Below are positions 36,316 to 47,259 of a stretch of 64,000 nt of DNA, piece by piece. The stretch is from Cyanobacteria bacterium P01_D01_bin.156 (GTDB lineage: Bacteria > Cyanobacteriota > Cyanobacteriia > Phormidesmidales > Phormidesmidaceae), in the NCBI GenBank assembly GCA_039024555.1, contig JBCCQQ010000010.1, positions 53,013-117,012 on the forward strand, given 5' to 3'. The translations under genes were made by a program, and so were the position numbers. A model generated the notes under the pieces. It was given only the letters and a program-made list of their open reading frames with translations, was not told the DNA's origin and did no database searches. The stretch's first letter is position 1, and every line of letters begins with the position of its first letter.

Positions 36316-36915
36316 ATGTCTGCACAAAAGTTTGATCGTCGACTGCTTTTGCGGCTAGGGCCTGCTACCCTGGCTTCGTTTTTATCCGTAACCTGTAGCC
36401 AATCAGTATTCTCAAAAAAGACGACAAATAAATCGCTGACAGTGACACCCGCCTGTGGTGAGGATGCGGTTACTCCATCGCAAACGGCTGGTCCTTTTTA
36501 CACACCGGACTCTCCAGAGCGACAGTCCTTATTAGAGCCAGGATTTTCCGGTGATGTGATGGTACTCACGGGGCGAGTGCTATCGTCGCAATGTGTCCCT
36601 GTGGCTGGAGCCTTAGTAGACTGTTGGCATACCAATACCCAGGGTGAGTACGATAACAGTGGCTACCAGTTCCGTGGTCATCAGTTTACGGATGCCGATG
36701 GTCGATATCGCATCGAGACCATTGTTCCTGGACTCTATCCTGGACGCACCCGTCATTTCCATATGAAGGTGCAGGCTGCCAATCAGGCAATACTTACAAC
36801 ACAGCTTTATTTCCCAGGGGAACCCGAAAACCAAGGAGATTTTCTCTTTAACCCATTACTCTTAATGTCGATGAGTGACGATCTTAAACACGCAAGCTTT
36901 GATTTTGTTGTGTAG
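36316..36915 (+). CDS. Intradiol ring-cleavage dioxygenase-like protein with Tat-like signal
   Basis: FDRRLLL; TAGPFY, DCWHTN..GEYD, FRG, TIVPGLYPGRTRHFH, TTQLYF. Confidence 0.88.
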   Translation: MSAQKFDRRLLLRLGPATLASFLSVTCSQSVFSKKTTNKSLTVTPACGEDAVTPSQTAGPFYTPDSPERQSLLEPGFSGDVMVLTGRVLSSQCVPVAGALVDCWHTNTQGEYDNSGYQFRGHQFTDADGRYRIETIVPGLYPGRTRHFHMKVQAANQAILTTQLYFPGEPENQGDFLFNPLLLMSMSDDLKHASFDFVV

Positions 36916-36945
36916 CAGCCAATGATTAACTGTATGGGCCAGTTA

Positions 36946-37557
36946 TTAAAGAACCGTTGGCGGTAGATCAACGCCAATCATGTTGTGATTAATGTCCGTG
37001 GCACAGTCCACCGTAGTAACGTATTCCCCGTCAATTTCTACAGTGACCCCCCCTTCAGGCGGTTGCTCAATATTTAAGCGATCGCGCGCCCAGAAAACGG
37101 TGTAGAGAGTATTCCCATTGGGCACGCTGACTGAATAGCTTTCATATCGGCCAAAGCCCTCCCACTGATAGGTAGAGGCTTCATTCCTAGGAACATTCAG
37201 CACTAGTTCTGGCTGCTGTTCTGGACCAAACACATACTGAATCGAGCTGCCCAGGTCATTGACTTCAAGGACTTTACCCTGAGCTGTTCGACAAAAAAAT
37301 AAAGAGCTGCCGAAGCCTTGAGCAGCTTCTGCAGGAGCAGAGGCCTCAGCGGCTCCGGCTATGTCTGTTGTCGGATCAGATACAGCAGAATTCCCAGCGG
37401 TGGGAGTAACCAGTGGGGCCACACTTTCTGTGGCAGCTGAGTCAGTAGCCTCTAAAGTAACGCTCTCTGAAACAGCTGAATCAGGTGTACAGCTACCTAG
37501 AAGCATCGCTATGACTAGCAAATAGCCTGAACTCATGGACCACGAGAACTTCATCAT
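36946..37557 (-). CDS. Hypothetical lipoprotein
   Basis: Lipobox LLGSC after a hydrophobic signal; A/T/S-rich linker; C-terminal domain with two Cys. Confidence 0.75.
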   Translation of the reverse strand: MMKFSWSMSSGYLLVIAMLLGSCTPDSAVSESVTLEATDSAATESVAPLVTPTAGNSAVSDPTTDIAGAAEASAPAEAAQGFGSSLFFCRTAQGKVLEVNDLGSSIQYVFGPEQQPELVLNVPRNEASTYQWEGFGRYESYSVSVPNGNTLYTVFWARDRLNIEQPPEGGVTVEIDGEYVTTVDCATDINHNMIGVDLPPTVL

Positions 37558-37578
37558 TAGCCCTCTGCCTCCCTATCG

Positions 37579-40500
37579 CTAAAGCATGGCTAAACGTTCC
37601 CGTAGTAGCTTGGCCTGAGTTTCGGCTTCTACTAGAGAATCCCGCGCTTCCTGCACCACATGCTCAGGAGCTTTGCTTACAAAACCCTTGTTGCTTAAAC
37701 GACCGTTGATGGATTTGATCTCTCCTTCTACCTTGGCTAAGGATTTTTCTAGCTTTTGCTTTAGGGCATCCACATCTACCAAACCGGTTAATGGAATTAG
37801 CACCTGTACAGTACCAAATACCCCAGCAAACATCTGTCGATTGTCTGTTGGCTCATCGATTGTGAATTCTGAGCTATCTGAACCAGACGTTTCCTTGTTA
37901 AAGGTACCTACCACTTCATCCCAGAATTCGGTGGTATTATCCCAAAGCTGTCGCCGGTTTGTACCCTTCAGCAGATAGCGCCCACCAAACCAGGTGGTGT
38001 ACCCGAAACCAATCATCTGGAAAAATCTGCCCACAAACGGTAGCGTATTCAGACCTTTCACCACAGCTGCAGCTAGTTCTAGGCTTACAGCGCTTAGTAA
38101 CAACAACAGCGCTACAGACGCTGGCTTTTTAGCTGCGTTGTAAGCTTGATTTGCGTATCCTAGGGGATGCTTTAACAGGGTTTGAATTGCATCAACTCCA
38201 TCCCCCCAGTCGATTTCTGGAAGGGCGTCAGGATCAGATGAGTCTGTTTTTTCAGTCTCCTCAGATGGTTCAACACCTTCATCCGTTGGTGTGGCCACCG
38301 GTAATGTGGCTGCAGTCAAAGTAGTATTACCAATAGTTAGGGCTTCTACCTTTGCAGCATCTTTTAGATACACCTGAGTAGCGTTTAGAATGCGGATCTC
38401 GTCGGTGTCATCCGTTTTCAAGATGGCTTCAATCTTGGCCGAGGGTTTTACCCCCGCTGCGGCCCGTAGGTTACGAATAGTACGGATGGTGCCAATCAGT
38501 AGATCAAAGTCTTTTTCTAACTCAGCATCTACCAGATCCGTTTGGACAGTGGGATAGGGCTGTACGGCTAGATAGGTATTCTCATCTGCCTGGGTCAGGG
38601 TATGCCACACTTCCTCAGTGATGTGGGGTGTGAAGGGATGCATCAACTTGAGAATGCCATCCAGCACAAAGGACAGAGTTTGCTGAGCCACTCGCTTGGA
38701 GCCCTCGTCTTTACCGTAAAGGCGAGGTTTTACGAGCTCAATGTACCAGTCGCAAAAGTCTCCCCAGGTAAATTCGTACAGTACCTTGGCGGCTTCACCC
38801 ATGCCGTACTTATCGAGATATTCCCGAGTGGTTGTAATGGTTTGATTGAACTTGGAGAGAATCCACTTGTCTGCCAATTCCAGTTTGGCAGTGTCAGGTT
38901 CACCTAAATCAGCAGGTGTTTTGCCACCCAAGTTCATCATCACAAACCGAGAGGCATTCCACAGTTTGTTGGTAAAGTTTCGAGATGCCTCTACCGAGGA
39001 GGATTCATCGGTTTTGCGGTTATAGTCTAGACGAATGTCCTGTCCGGCACCTGCCACTTCACGGATTAAGGTATAGCGTAGGGCATCGGTGCCATACTTG
39101 TTGATCAGCACCAGTGGGTCAATCCCATTGCCCTTGGACTTGGACATTTTCTGATTTTTCTCGTCCCGAACCAGTCCGTGGATATAGACGGTCTCAAAGG
39201 GCATAGTGTCGGTAAAATGCCCCGCCATCATGGTCATGCGGGCTACCCAGAAAAAGATAATGTCAAATCCAGTTACCAATGTGGTGGTGGGGTAGTAGGT
39301 TTGAAAGTCTTTGGCGGTCTCATCGGGCCAGCCCATGGTGGAAAAGGGCCATAAACCAGATGAAAACCAAGTGTCGAGAACGTCGGGATCTTGTTTTAGT
39401 TCAACATTGTCTCCAAACTGTTCAGCCGCCTTGGCCTTTGCTTCTTCTTCGGATGCGGCAACAAAAAAGGGCGTATCGTCCGTAATCTCTCCATTTGTTT
39501 GGCTAACGGCATACCAGGCAGGAATTTGGTGACCCCACCACAGCTGTCGAGAAATACACCAGTCTCGCAGGTTCACTAACCAGTCTCGGTATACCTTAGT
39601 CCACCGCTCAGGAACAAACTTAGGAGATTGGTGATTGTCCAAGGCAGCTAGAGCTTTATCTGCCATGGGGCGAATTTTGACAAACCACTGGGTGGATAGC
39701 AGAGGTTCTACTGGTACCTTGCCGCGATCGCTATAGGGAACGCTGTGCTGATAGTCTTCAACGCGTACTAGAGCATCCACCTCATCCAGGGCTGCAACTA
39801 CCTGTTTGCGGGCTTCAAACCGGTCCAAGCCTTCAAACTTGCCCGCGTTTTCATTCATCGACCCGTCCTTGTTCATGATGTTAATCATGGGCAGGTTGTG
39901 GCGCTCACCCATAGCAAAATCATTGGGGTCGTGGGCCGGTGTGACCTTGACGCAGCCGGTACCAAATTCTTTGTCTACATAGTCGTCGGCAATGATGGGA
40001 ATCTCGCGACCCACCAAAGGCAGGGTGAGGGTTTTGCCCACCATGTCCTGGTAACGCTCATCCTGAGGATTGACGGCCACCGCCGTATCTCCCAGCATGG
40101 TTTCGGGTCGGGTGGTGGCCACTTCCACATAACCGGACCCATCGGTCAGCGGGTAGCGAAAATGCCACAGGTTGCCGTCAACGTCCTTATTCTCAACTTC
40201 TACATCCGATACGGCAGACTGGCTGGCGGGACACCAGTTGACCATGTAGTTGCCGCGATAAATTAGACCTTCTTCGTAGAGCTTAGTGAAGGCTTGCAGG
40301 ACCGCTTTGGACAGTCCTTCATCCATGGTGAACCGCTCGCGGGTCCAGTCTACGGAAACGCCCAGCTTGCGCAACTGGTTAACAATGGTACCGCCGGACT
40401 CTGCTTTCCATTCCCAGGCGCGCTCTAGAAACTTTTCGCGGCCTACATCTTCTCGGTTTTTACCTTGGGCCTTGAGTTCTCTTTCCAGAATGGTTTGTAC

Positions 40501-40776
40501 AGCAATGCTGGCGTGGTCAGTACCTGGTAGCCACAAAGTATTGCGACCATTCATCCGCTGGTAACGTACCAGGGTATCAATCAGTGCATTCTCAAAGGCA
40601 TGCCCCATGTGAAGGCTACCAGTGACGTTCGGTGGCGGAATCACTACGCAAAACGGGTCCCCACCATGGTCTGGATCGGCCTTAAACACAGCATTATCTT
40701 CCCAAGCGGCTTGCCACTTGGACTCGGTCTGAGATGGATCGTACTGGCTCGATAGGTTGGGGACAGTTGCGGTCAT
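37579..40776 (-). CDS. valS: Valyl-tRNA synthetase with inserted CAAD membrane-anchoring domain
   Basis: [13 protein letters not shown] (HIGH), [17 protein letters not shown]. The C-terminal insertion [31 protein letters not shown] is CAAD/CURT1-like and lies before the final coiled coil. Confidence 0.97.
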   Translation of the reverse strand: MTATVPNLSSQYDPSQTESKWQAAWEDNAVFKADPDHGGDPFCVVIPPPNVTGSLHMGHAFENALIDTLVRYQRMNGRNTLWLPGTDHASIAVQTILERELKAQGKNREDVGREKFLERAWEWKAESGGTIVNQLRKLGVSVDWTRERFTMDEGLSKAVLQAFTKLYEEGLIYRGNYMVNWCPASQSAVSDVEVENKDVDGNLWHFRYPLTDGSGYVEVATTRPETMLGDTAVAVNPQDERYQDMVGKTLTLPLVGREIPIIADDYVDKEFGTGCVKVTPAHDPNDFAMGERHNLPMINIMNKDGSMNENAGKFEGLDRFEARKQVVAALDEVDALVRVEDYQHSVPYSDRGKVPVEPLLSTQWFVKIRPMADKALAALDNHQSPKFVPERWTKVYRDWLVNLRDWCISRQLWWGHQIPAWYAVSQTNGEITDDTPFFVAASEEEAKAKAAEQFGDNVELKQDPDVLDTWFSSGLWPFSTMGWPDETAKDFQTYYPTTTLVTGFDIIFFWVARMTMMAGHFTDTMPFETVYIHGLVRDEKNQKMSKSKGNGIDPLVLINKYGTDALRYTLIREVAGAGQDIRLDYNRKTDESSSVEASRNFTNKLWNASRFVMMNLGGKTPADLGEPDTAKLELADKWILSKFNQTITTTREYLDKYGMGEAAKVLYEFTWGDFCDWYIELVKPRLYGKDEGSKRVAQQTLSFVLDGILKLMHPFTPHITEEVWHTLTQADENTYLAVQPYPTVQTDLVDAELEKDFDLLIGTIRTIRNLRAAAGVKPSAKIEAILKTDDTDEIRILNATQVYLKDAAKVEALTIGNTTLTAATLPVATPTDEGVEPSEETEKTDSSDPDALPEIDWGDGVDAIQTLLKHPLGYANQAYNAAKKPASVALLLLLSAVSLELAAAVVKGLNTLPFVGRFFQMIGFGYTTWFGGRYLLKGTNRRQLWDNTTEFWDEVVGTFNKETSGSDSSEFTIDEPTDNRQMFAGVFGTVQVLIPLTGLVDVDALKQKLEKSLAKVEGEIKSINGRLSNKGFVSKAPEHVVQEARDSLVEAETQAKLLRERLAML

Positions 40777-40862
40777 TGCCTGAGGGTGTTTAGCTTGTTA
40801 CTGACTAACTCAATAATGTTAGGCCATAACTGGAAAGTCCGGAGTGTTATCCTGACAACGCA

Positions 40863-40901
40863 AAAATTTAAGGGGAAGTGCAGCACTTCCCCTTAAATTT
40901 T
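40863..40901. terminator. Strong bidirectional hairpin between the 40961-41296 gene and valS
   Basis: AAAATTTAAGGGGAAGTG-CAG-CACTTCCCCTTAAATTTT, perfect 18-bp stem. Confidence 0.75.
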
Positions 40902-40960
40902 ACGTGTAAGTTCTTAAGTCCTATCAGCGTTGCTCTGCGATTAAGGCTAAAAGTCCGTCT

Positions 40961-41296
40961 TTAAAGCTGCTCTTCAACGACAGGTGTGTCTGTCACACTC
41001 GGTTGAGCGTCGATAGCTTCTTGCTGACGGCGGCGAAAATCACTGGCCGCTTCGTTGATGTTGCGATCGCTCTTACGACTAAATTCACCTGTACTTAAAC
41101 CATCGGCCCGGCGCAGGTTGCCTATAATGTCGGTCAGGCTCAAATCGCTGCCGCTAAACACCTCGTTACTATTGACATCCCCACTGAGATCATCAAAGCC
41201 GCCATTGACTTGAGCCATGACTGGAGCAGTGACTAAACCCAGGGCAAATCCCAGACCGGTGACAGATGCCAATGTGTATTTAAGTATGCTTTTCAT
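40961..41296 (-). CDS. Small secreted hypothetical protein
   Basis: Sec-type signal (…APVMA/Q), 111 aa. Confidence 0.7.
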   Translation of the reverse strand: MKSILKYTLASVTGLGFALGLVTAPVMAQVNGGFDDLSGDVNSNEVFSGSDLSLTDIIGNLRRADGLSTGEFSRKSDRNINEAASDFRRRQQEAIDAQPSVTDTPVVEEQL

Positions 41297-41396
41297 GGTG
41301 AGGGTCTAAATAGTGCTGCAATTAACCATTCATGCCTACAGTTTAGCAAGACTATCTAGCATTGGTGTAAAGTCTGCGGCAGTTTTTGAATTGGTT

Positions 41397-42023
41397 CTAA
41401 GCCTCTGGTGGATCGTCTGAAAGACTGAAGATAGGCAGCATTAGCCCCCAAATAATGGCTGCCAGTCTCAGCCCTGCTACGACAGCCATCCCCACAATCG
41501 CAGCCCATGGCTGAACTACACCAAAGGCTTGCAAAAGCAGATACATGCAAACACCCACAATCGCGGCGGTGGCATAAATCCGACTTCGCGTAAAGATTAC
41601 GGGAATATCCGCCAATAGGACATCTCTTAGTAGGCCACCAGCTGTCCCGGTAATCGTTCCCATCACCACAACAAGCAGATTGCTGAGGGTAACCTGTTCT
41701 GCAATCTGTGCGCCACTAATTGAGAAAAGTGCTAAACCAAAGGCATCCGCTACTAGTAATGCTTTATGGGGCGGTGTGAAGAATTTGGCATAAATCACTG
41801 TTAATAAAACCGCACCTAGAATAACGGACAGATAAATGGGGTGCTCTATCCAAAAGACAGGATGTCGATCTAGCAAAATATCCCGTAGGGTGCCACCACC
41901 AGTTGCTGAAACAGCAGCAACAACGATAACACCCAATAAATCAAGTCGCTTTCGCCCAGCCGCTAAGGCACCACTAACTGCCGAGACCGCTACACCCAGC
42001 AACTCTAAAATATAGATAACCAC
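41397..42023 (-). CDS. Trimeric intracellular cation channel (TRIC/YadS, UPF0126) family protein
   Basis: Twin GGG motifs ATGGGTLRD and TAGGLLRD, DAFGL, 7 TM helices. Confidence 0.9.
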   Translation of the reverse strand: MVIYILELLGVAVSAVSGALAAGRKRLDLLGVIVVAAVSATGGGTLRDILLDRHPVFWIEHPIYLSVILGAVLLTVIYAKFFTPPHKALLVADAFGLALFSISGAQIAEQVTLSNLLVVVMGTITGTAGGLLRDVLLADIPVIFTRSRIYATAAIVGVCMYLLLQAFGVVQPWAAIVGMAVVAGLRLAAIIWGLMLPIFSLSDDPPEA

Positions 42024-42031
42024 TGGCTACA

Positions 42032-42907
42032 TTAGGAAATGCGGCGGTTGATCAGAGGATAGGTGAGGGCTAGAGACCCCACGCAGAAGCAGACCAATAG
42101 CACCAGGGTGGTTCCCATGGAAATTTCTCCCCAGGCGGTTTGCATCACAATGCTGCTAAGGTTCCAGTCGTTGTGCAAATACAGGTAGCGGATGGGTTCG
42201 ATTGCGTAGCTCAATGGATTTAAGCTGGCGACGGTACTTAGCCATTTAGGCATAAAGGACAGTGGCACCAGAGCTGTGCTGGCAAACAGCAGCGGTAAAT
42301 TGGCGACAAAAATGACGGCAATTAGTTCAATATGGCCGGGTAGAGCAAAGGCTAGCCCCAAACTAAAGGCTGTTACTCCCAATACCAGCATAAGAATAAT
42401 GGCCATCATCAGCCCCAGCCCCGCAATGCTGGGAAGTCCCGCCCCAAGAAATGCGCTCAGGGCCACAATTGCGGCTGTTTGGACCAAGCTCATGGCCGCA
42501 ATAAACAATGCCGAGGCGATAACAATAGAAAATCGTGAGACCAGCGGCGCTACCAATAGACGGTTCAAAAAGCCAAATTCTCGGTCAAACATCACCGGCA
42601 GGCCAGCATTAAGAGCACCCCCAAAGGCGGTAAAGACAATAATCCCGGCGCCGATAAACTGACCGTAGTTGACGCTATCGCCAAATAACCCCTGGGGCAC
42701 ATTCTGAAACAGAGCCCCAAACAGGATCAGCCACATTAGCGGTTGAATAATGCCAGCAGCCAAGGTGGAGGGGCGGCGCTGTAGCTGAATAAATAGGCGT
42801 TTGGTTAGGGCCAGGGTTTCCTGGATCAACTCGCTGACACCAGGAGATGCGATCGCATCATCTTTCCACTGCTGTAGCTGACTATTTTGAATACTGGAAC
42901 TGCTCAT
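42032..42907 (-). CDS. ABC-2 type permease (DrrB-like)
   Basis: QPLMWLILFG, FDREFGFLNRLLVAP, NPLSYA. Confidence 0.9.
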   Translation of the reverse strand: MSSSSIQNSQLQQWKDDAIASPGVSELIQETLALTKRLFIQLQRRPSTLAAGIIQPLMWLILFGALFQNVPQGLFGDSVNYGQFIGAGIIVFTAFGGALNAGLPVMFDREFGFLNRLLVAPLVSRFSIVIASALFIAAMSLVQTAAIVALSAFLGAGLPSIAGLGLMMAIILMLVLGVTAFSLGLAFALPGHIELIAVIFVANLPLLFASTALVPLSFMPKWLSTVASLNPLSYAIEPIRYLYLHNDWNLSSIVMQTAWGEISMGTTLVLLVCFCVGSLALTYPLINRRIS

Positions 42908-42987
42908 AGGAGTAGTGAATTTTAGACTTTGAGGTTGAAGTTATTTGCCAAAGTTTATGAGGTCAGGGTAGTTAATTTTAGACGCTC

Positions 42988-44022
42988 TTATCGCTTCATA
43001 TTTTGCTGTTTCATTTCCTTTTTCATATCCCGTTTGCTAGCCGCTGCCATTTCCGCATCCATAATGGTGCTGCCTGTGGCCGCCAGGTATACATCGTCTA
43101 GGCTAGGCTGGGACTGGGCAATGCCAAAAATAGGGAGGTCAGCGTCCCTAAGAGCTTTCTGCACCATCATGAGTGCATCTGCTTCCGATTCCACCACTAG
43201 ATTTAGTGAATTTCCCTGGGCGCTATTGACAATTACTTCCTGTACCACCGGCAAGTCCTGAAGTAGCTTGCTGGTTTTGGTTGCTTCCTCTAAGGGAGTA
43301 AACTCTCGGATTCGTAAAGTGATGCGCTCACCGCCTACCTTGGCCTTCAATTCAGCTGGGGTACCGGAACTGATCACCTTACCCTGGTCGATAATGGCGA
43401 CTCGATTTGCTAAAGCATCCACCTCTTCTAGATAGTGGCTAGTAATCAAGATGGTGGTACCTGCGGCCTGTAGCTGTCTCAAAAATCGCCACACTGCAGA
43501 ACGGCTCTCAATATCCAGACCTACGGTGGGTTCATCTAGCACCAGTACATCCGGCTGGTGCAATAGCCCTGCGGCTAGATCCAATCTCTTTTTTAATCCA
43601 CCAGAATAGGTGCCGGTTTTTTTATCTGCCCAGTCGGTCAGCTCTAGTAGCTCAATCATCTGGTCAATGCGAGCCTTGGCTAGCTTACCTGGCAAGTGGT
43701 AAATGGCCGCCTGCAGTTCCAATAACTCTCGACCGGTAAGTACTTTATCCAGGGCGACTTCTTGAGCGATGTAACCCAGTCGCTGCCGCACCTGTCGTGG
43801 CTCGGTCACTACTGAAACCCCCATCACCTCTAGCTGGCCTGCATCCGGTAGCGTCAGGGTACACAGACAGCGAATAGTTGTGGTTTTGCCTGCTCCATTG
43901 GGGCCTAGTAACCCAAAAATTTCTCCAGCTTCAACCTGTAATGAGACACCCTTTACCGCCTGCACCTCACCATAGCTTTTCTGAAGACCTTTGATTACAA
44001 CTGCGGGCTGCTGCTGTACCAT
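42988..44022 (-). CDS. ABC-2 ATP-binding protein (DrrA-like)
   Basis: GPNGAGKT, YSGGLKKRLDLA, LDEPTVGLD, SHYLEE, PSLDDVYL; ATG 44022 preferred. Confidence 0.92.
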   Translation of the reverse strand: MVQQQPAVVIKGLQKSYGEVQAVKGVSLQVEAGEIFGLLGPNGAGKTTTIRCLCTLTLPDAGQLEVMGVSVVTEPRQVRQRLGYIAQEVALDKVLTGRELLELQAAIYHLPGKLAKARIDQMIELLELTDWADKKTGTYSGGLKKRLDLAAGLLHQPDVLVLDEPTVGLDIESRSAVWRFLRQLQAAGTTILITSHYLEEVDALANRVAIIDQGKVISSGTPAELKAKVGGERITLRIREFTPLEEATKTSKLLQDLPVVQEVIVNSAQGNSLNLVVESEADALMMVQKALRDADLPIFGIAQSQPSLDDVYLAATGSTIMDAEMAAASKRDMKKEMKQQNMKR

Positions 44023-44254
44023 TCTAAACCTCGCGTAAATGCCCTTCGAGCTTACGATCACACTATATTGTAGTCGTGAAATGCAAGCCTAGATGGTCTA
44101 GACGCAGCATCATTAGAATGAATAAAGACTCAGCTATCCCCAGCTGTCTCGTAGCTCTCAAAAACCTAATTTTTGGGGAATGAAAATATTCTTGGAGGTT
44201 ACTGAGTTTAGTCTCGGCCACCTACGGATAAGCCTTGCTTGCTTTTTTAGCCAA

Positions 44255-46381
44255 TCACATGTGGGGCTCGCCAAACAAAACAATTGAACAGGTGAGTTCT
44301 CGAATTAGTCTTGTGGTGACATCGCTTACCATCAGTCCGCCAACAGTACGGCGACGCATGGAACGCAAAATCAGTAGGTCAAAGTTCTTGGCCAACCGCA
44401 ACAGGGCCTGGGTGACATCATCGTGGGTAATGATTTTGATGCGATCAACAGCCTTAAGCTCATCGTGGGTGATGATGGCTTTTAGGTCGTCTTTAAAGGC
44501 GGTGATGCGGGATTGTGGAGTTCTGCGATCGCATACATGCACCAAGGTCACCGCTGCATGGTGAGCATCAGCAAACAGCTGGGCAAACCGCACAGTGTGG
44601 ATTGTTTTAGGCATTAAATCTCGTACCGGTACTAATATGCGATGAATATTACTCGGATCGGTATGTAACCGCATGGCTGCAACAGGACAGTGGGAAGACC
44701 AAAAAACACTTTCTAAGGTTGTGCCAAACAGCCGCGCTCTCACTCCCGTTTCTTCTTTATTCCAGCCCATGACCACTAAGTTGGCATGTTGTTCTCGAGC
44801 GGTGTGGCTGATACCCATGGCATCATCATCGGCAATCCGCACCACTGGATGAGCCTTTACACTCAGCGTTTGGCTAATGTCGCTCGCCTCTTGTACCATT
44901 GTTTGTCGTTTTTCTAAGTCGTCTACCAATAAGGGATCATCCATGTGGGCATAGGCACGACTAATGGCCATGGGAACAATTTTTCCCGCTTCGTGATGGG
45001 CCAACAAAACAGCCGTTTCTACCAAATACTGATCGGCACGGGGATTAAAAATCGGTACCACAATGGTAAATGGCTGATACCCATTACCATCAACAATCCG
45101 AGAAAGCTCGGGGACATCGGGTTGTTGCGCACTCAATTCTGACGTATCAGCAGCAGACGAAATTGCTAGCTGACTCCCAAAGGCTCTAGTAGCAATGGGA
45201 CCAGCAATTGCTGTTACCAACATCAACACAATGACACCGTTAAATAGGGTATCGTTAATCAGCCCAACTTCACGAGCAACAATTGCCGCCGCTAAGGGGG
45301 CAGCCACATGGGGTAAGCACAGTGACCACATGGTCATGGCTTCATTCCAACTGTATTGGTACGCCAGCTTACCCAAATAGGTACCGACCAGTTTACTGAC
45401 AACTACACCGATCAAAATTGCTAGGGTAATCCCTAATGATGACGTAAAGGATGAGATGAATACTGGCAAATCCACCAGCAGCCCCACATGCACAAAAAAG
45501 AACGGGATAAATAAAACACTCCCAACAAATTCAACTTTCTCTTTTACGGGACCTTCCCCTAGCACGTCATTAACGGCTAAACCTGCTAAAAATGCTCCGA
45601 CAATCCGCTCCACATTTACTAGCTGAGCTCCAGCTGATGCCAAAAAGACAGCCAGGAGCACAAAAACAAATTGGTTGCCCTGTTCATCGCCAGTGCGTCG
45701 AAAGTATTCTTTCCCGGCCCAATCCAGTCCAAACAAAACAGTAGCTGCATATATAGCCAGAGCCAGCACCTGACCGACTAGGCTAAATAGAGAGAATTCT
45801 CCGGCATGAATAGAAACAGAAATAGCCAGCAGTAAGAGCCCCAGAATGTCGGTAAAAATGGTAGCGCCAATGGTGACCGTAATCGCTTCATTCCCCATTA
45901 CCCCGAGACGGTTAGCAATGGGATAGCCCAACAATGTGTGGGGAGCAAAGACTGCTCCCATGAGCAGCGACGTGTTCCAGCCAAATCCGAGCAAGCGCCC
46001 TACCAGCAGCCCACCCGCTAGGGACGATACAAAAATCAATAATCCAAAACCAAGTGAACGGTAGCGAGTTTTGTGAAATTTGGCGAGATCGATTTCTAAA
46101 GCGATCACAAACATCAGGTAGATTTTTCCGATCTCTGCCAACAGTTCCATGGTCTCTGTGTCAGCTTCTAGAACCCCTAGAACGCTCTTGCCAAGGACGA
46201 TCCCCGCGAATAACAACCCCACTAGTCCCGGTAGTTTGAGCCGCTCAAACAGGCTGGGAAGGGTGAGCACGACCATCAGTAAGATAGTCAAGGAAATAAA
46301 AGGACTATGGAGTGAGAGGGCAGCACCGTGCTCGACTGCGGCTAGAACCATGTGGGGAGAAAAAATACTTGGCAGCATCAA
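44255..46381 (-). CDS. CPA2 cation:proton antiporter with C-terminal USP-like domains (NhaS5-like)
   Basis: PGLVGL, HTLLGYP, GATIFTD, IVGAFLAGL, FIPFFF, followed by two USP-like domains. Confidence 0.9.
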   Translation of the reverse strand: MMLPSIFSPHMVLAAVEHGAALSLHSPFISLTILLMVVLTLPSLFERLKLPGLVGLLFAGIVLGKSVLGVLEADTETMELLAEIGKIYLMFVIALEIDLAKFHKTRYRSLGFGLLIFVSSLAGGLLVGRLLGFGWNTSLLMGAVFAPHTLLGYPIANRLGVMGNEAITVTIGATIFTDILGLLLLAISVSIHAGEFSLFSLVGQVLALAIYAATVLFGLDWAGKEYFRRTGDEQGNQFVFVLLAVFLASAGAQLVNVERIVGAFLAGLAVNDVLGEGPVKEKVEFVGSVLFIPFFFVHVGLLVDLPVFISSFTSSLGITLAILIGVVVSKLVGTYLGKLAYQYSWNEAMTMWSLCLPHVAAPLAAAIVAREVGLINDTLFNGVIVLMLVTAIAGPIATRAFGSQLAISSAADTSELSAQQPDVPELSRIVDGNGYQPFTIVVPIFNPRADQYLVETAVLLAHHEAGKIVPMAISRAYAHMDDPLLVDDLEKRQTMVQEASDISQTLSVKAHPVVRIADDDAMGISHTAREQHANLVVMGWNKEETGVRARLFGTTLESVFWSSHCPVAAMRLHTDPSNIHRILVPVRDLMPKTIHTVRFAQLFADAHHAAVTLVHVCDRRTPQSRITAFKDDLKAIITHDELKAVDRIKIITHDDVTQALLRLAKNFDLLILRSMRRRTVGGLMVSDVTTRLIRELTCSIVLFGEPHM

Positions 46382-46598
46382 ATGTGACGGACGTTATCCG
46401 TCGGTATGGTAATTCTGCATGAAGATCGATGCCTTGAAGAGCTTTATTAAGGATTAAAAAGTAATTGATGAATAAAATTAACTTACGCTAGAAACTCTTC
46501 AATTAGGGAAAGGGCGGCATACAAAAGACAAACGTCTTTTCACGTTTCTAATCACATAAAAATAACGCGACTAAAATGGTGTAAACAACCATCCAATG

Positions 46599-46970
46599 TG
46601 AACAGGTAGGCTGTCGGGATTTTTCTTGTTCTCCTATACTGGTTGTTTTTTTCTGTTACAGCCACAACAATCCTGAGCATAAATTTGTTGTAGCAGTTTT
46701 GGATTCGCACTGAACTCATTTGGTAGCGAGAGTGGATTTTAACACTCCGTCCCATCATCGAGTGTGCCATGTCGCTAATGCGGAATACATTAATGGTAGC
46801 TAGGGTGGTGTTAATTGTTTGAGATCGCATCTTTGGCACATTTATCAAAGAACGCCCCATCATCCACCGGTGTATGGATTAACTCGTCTCCTACGCTCCC
46901 ATCGTCCGAGCAAAATTGTGCTACACGAATGGATTCGCCTGTAGCAAAAACTTAGAGTGGCCAAGAGCCG
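46599..46970 (+). pseudogene. Decayed sterol desaturase / fatty-acid hydroxylase superfamily gene (3' half)
   Basis: Across stops and frameshifts it reads *TGRLSGFFLF / TILSINLL*QFWIRTELI / EWI-NTPSHHRVCH.AN.EYI..*GGV / LIV*DRIFGTF / PVYGLTR / IVLHEWIRL*. This matches the family pattern NLLYQFWIHTE...NTPSHHRVHH...NYGGVLIIWDRLFGTF...YGLT. Confidence 0.8.
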
Positions 46971-47259
46971 GGGGCTGCCACCGAGTCATTACAAGACACC
47001 CAGCCTAATTTTAGATTTAGTTAATGATTACGTTTCAGGAATACCAATATCTCTTGATGTATGTCTACCTGCAAGGCTGCATAGCTATTGCCATACTACC
47101 TAAATGCTCGCTTTGCTACAGACTTTTCTGATACGTAAAGTAGCTCTGAAAATGCCGTTGTTGATTTAGAAGATGACGCTGTCTAGCAATAGTGTCACTA
47201 TTGTTCAGATAACACCAGTCTGAGGATCAGTAACGCCCTTCAAAAATAGGATACAAGAG

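Noticed and set aside
40831..40845. GGAAAGTCCGG resembling the RNase P RNA conserved motif
   Set aside because: The intergenic space is under 200 bp and other rnpB conserved elements are absent.
46552..46863. 103-aa minus-strand ORF in the ORF track
   Set aside because: Antisense shadow of the decayed desaturase pseudogene; no recognisable protein features.
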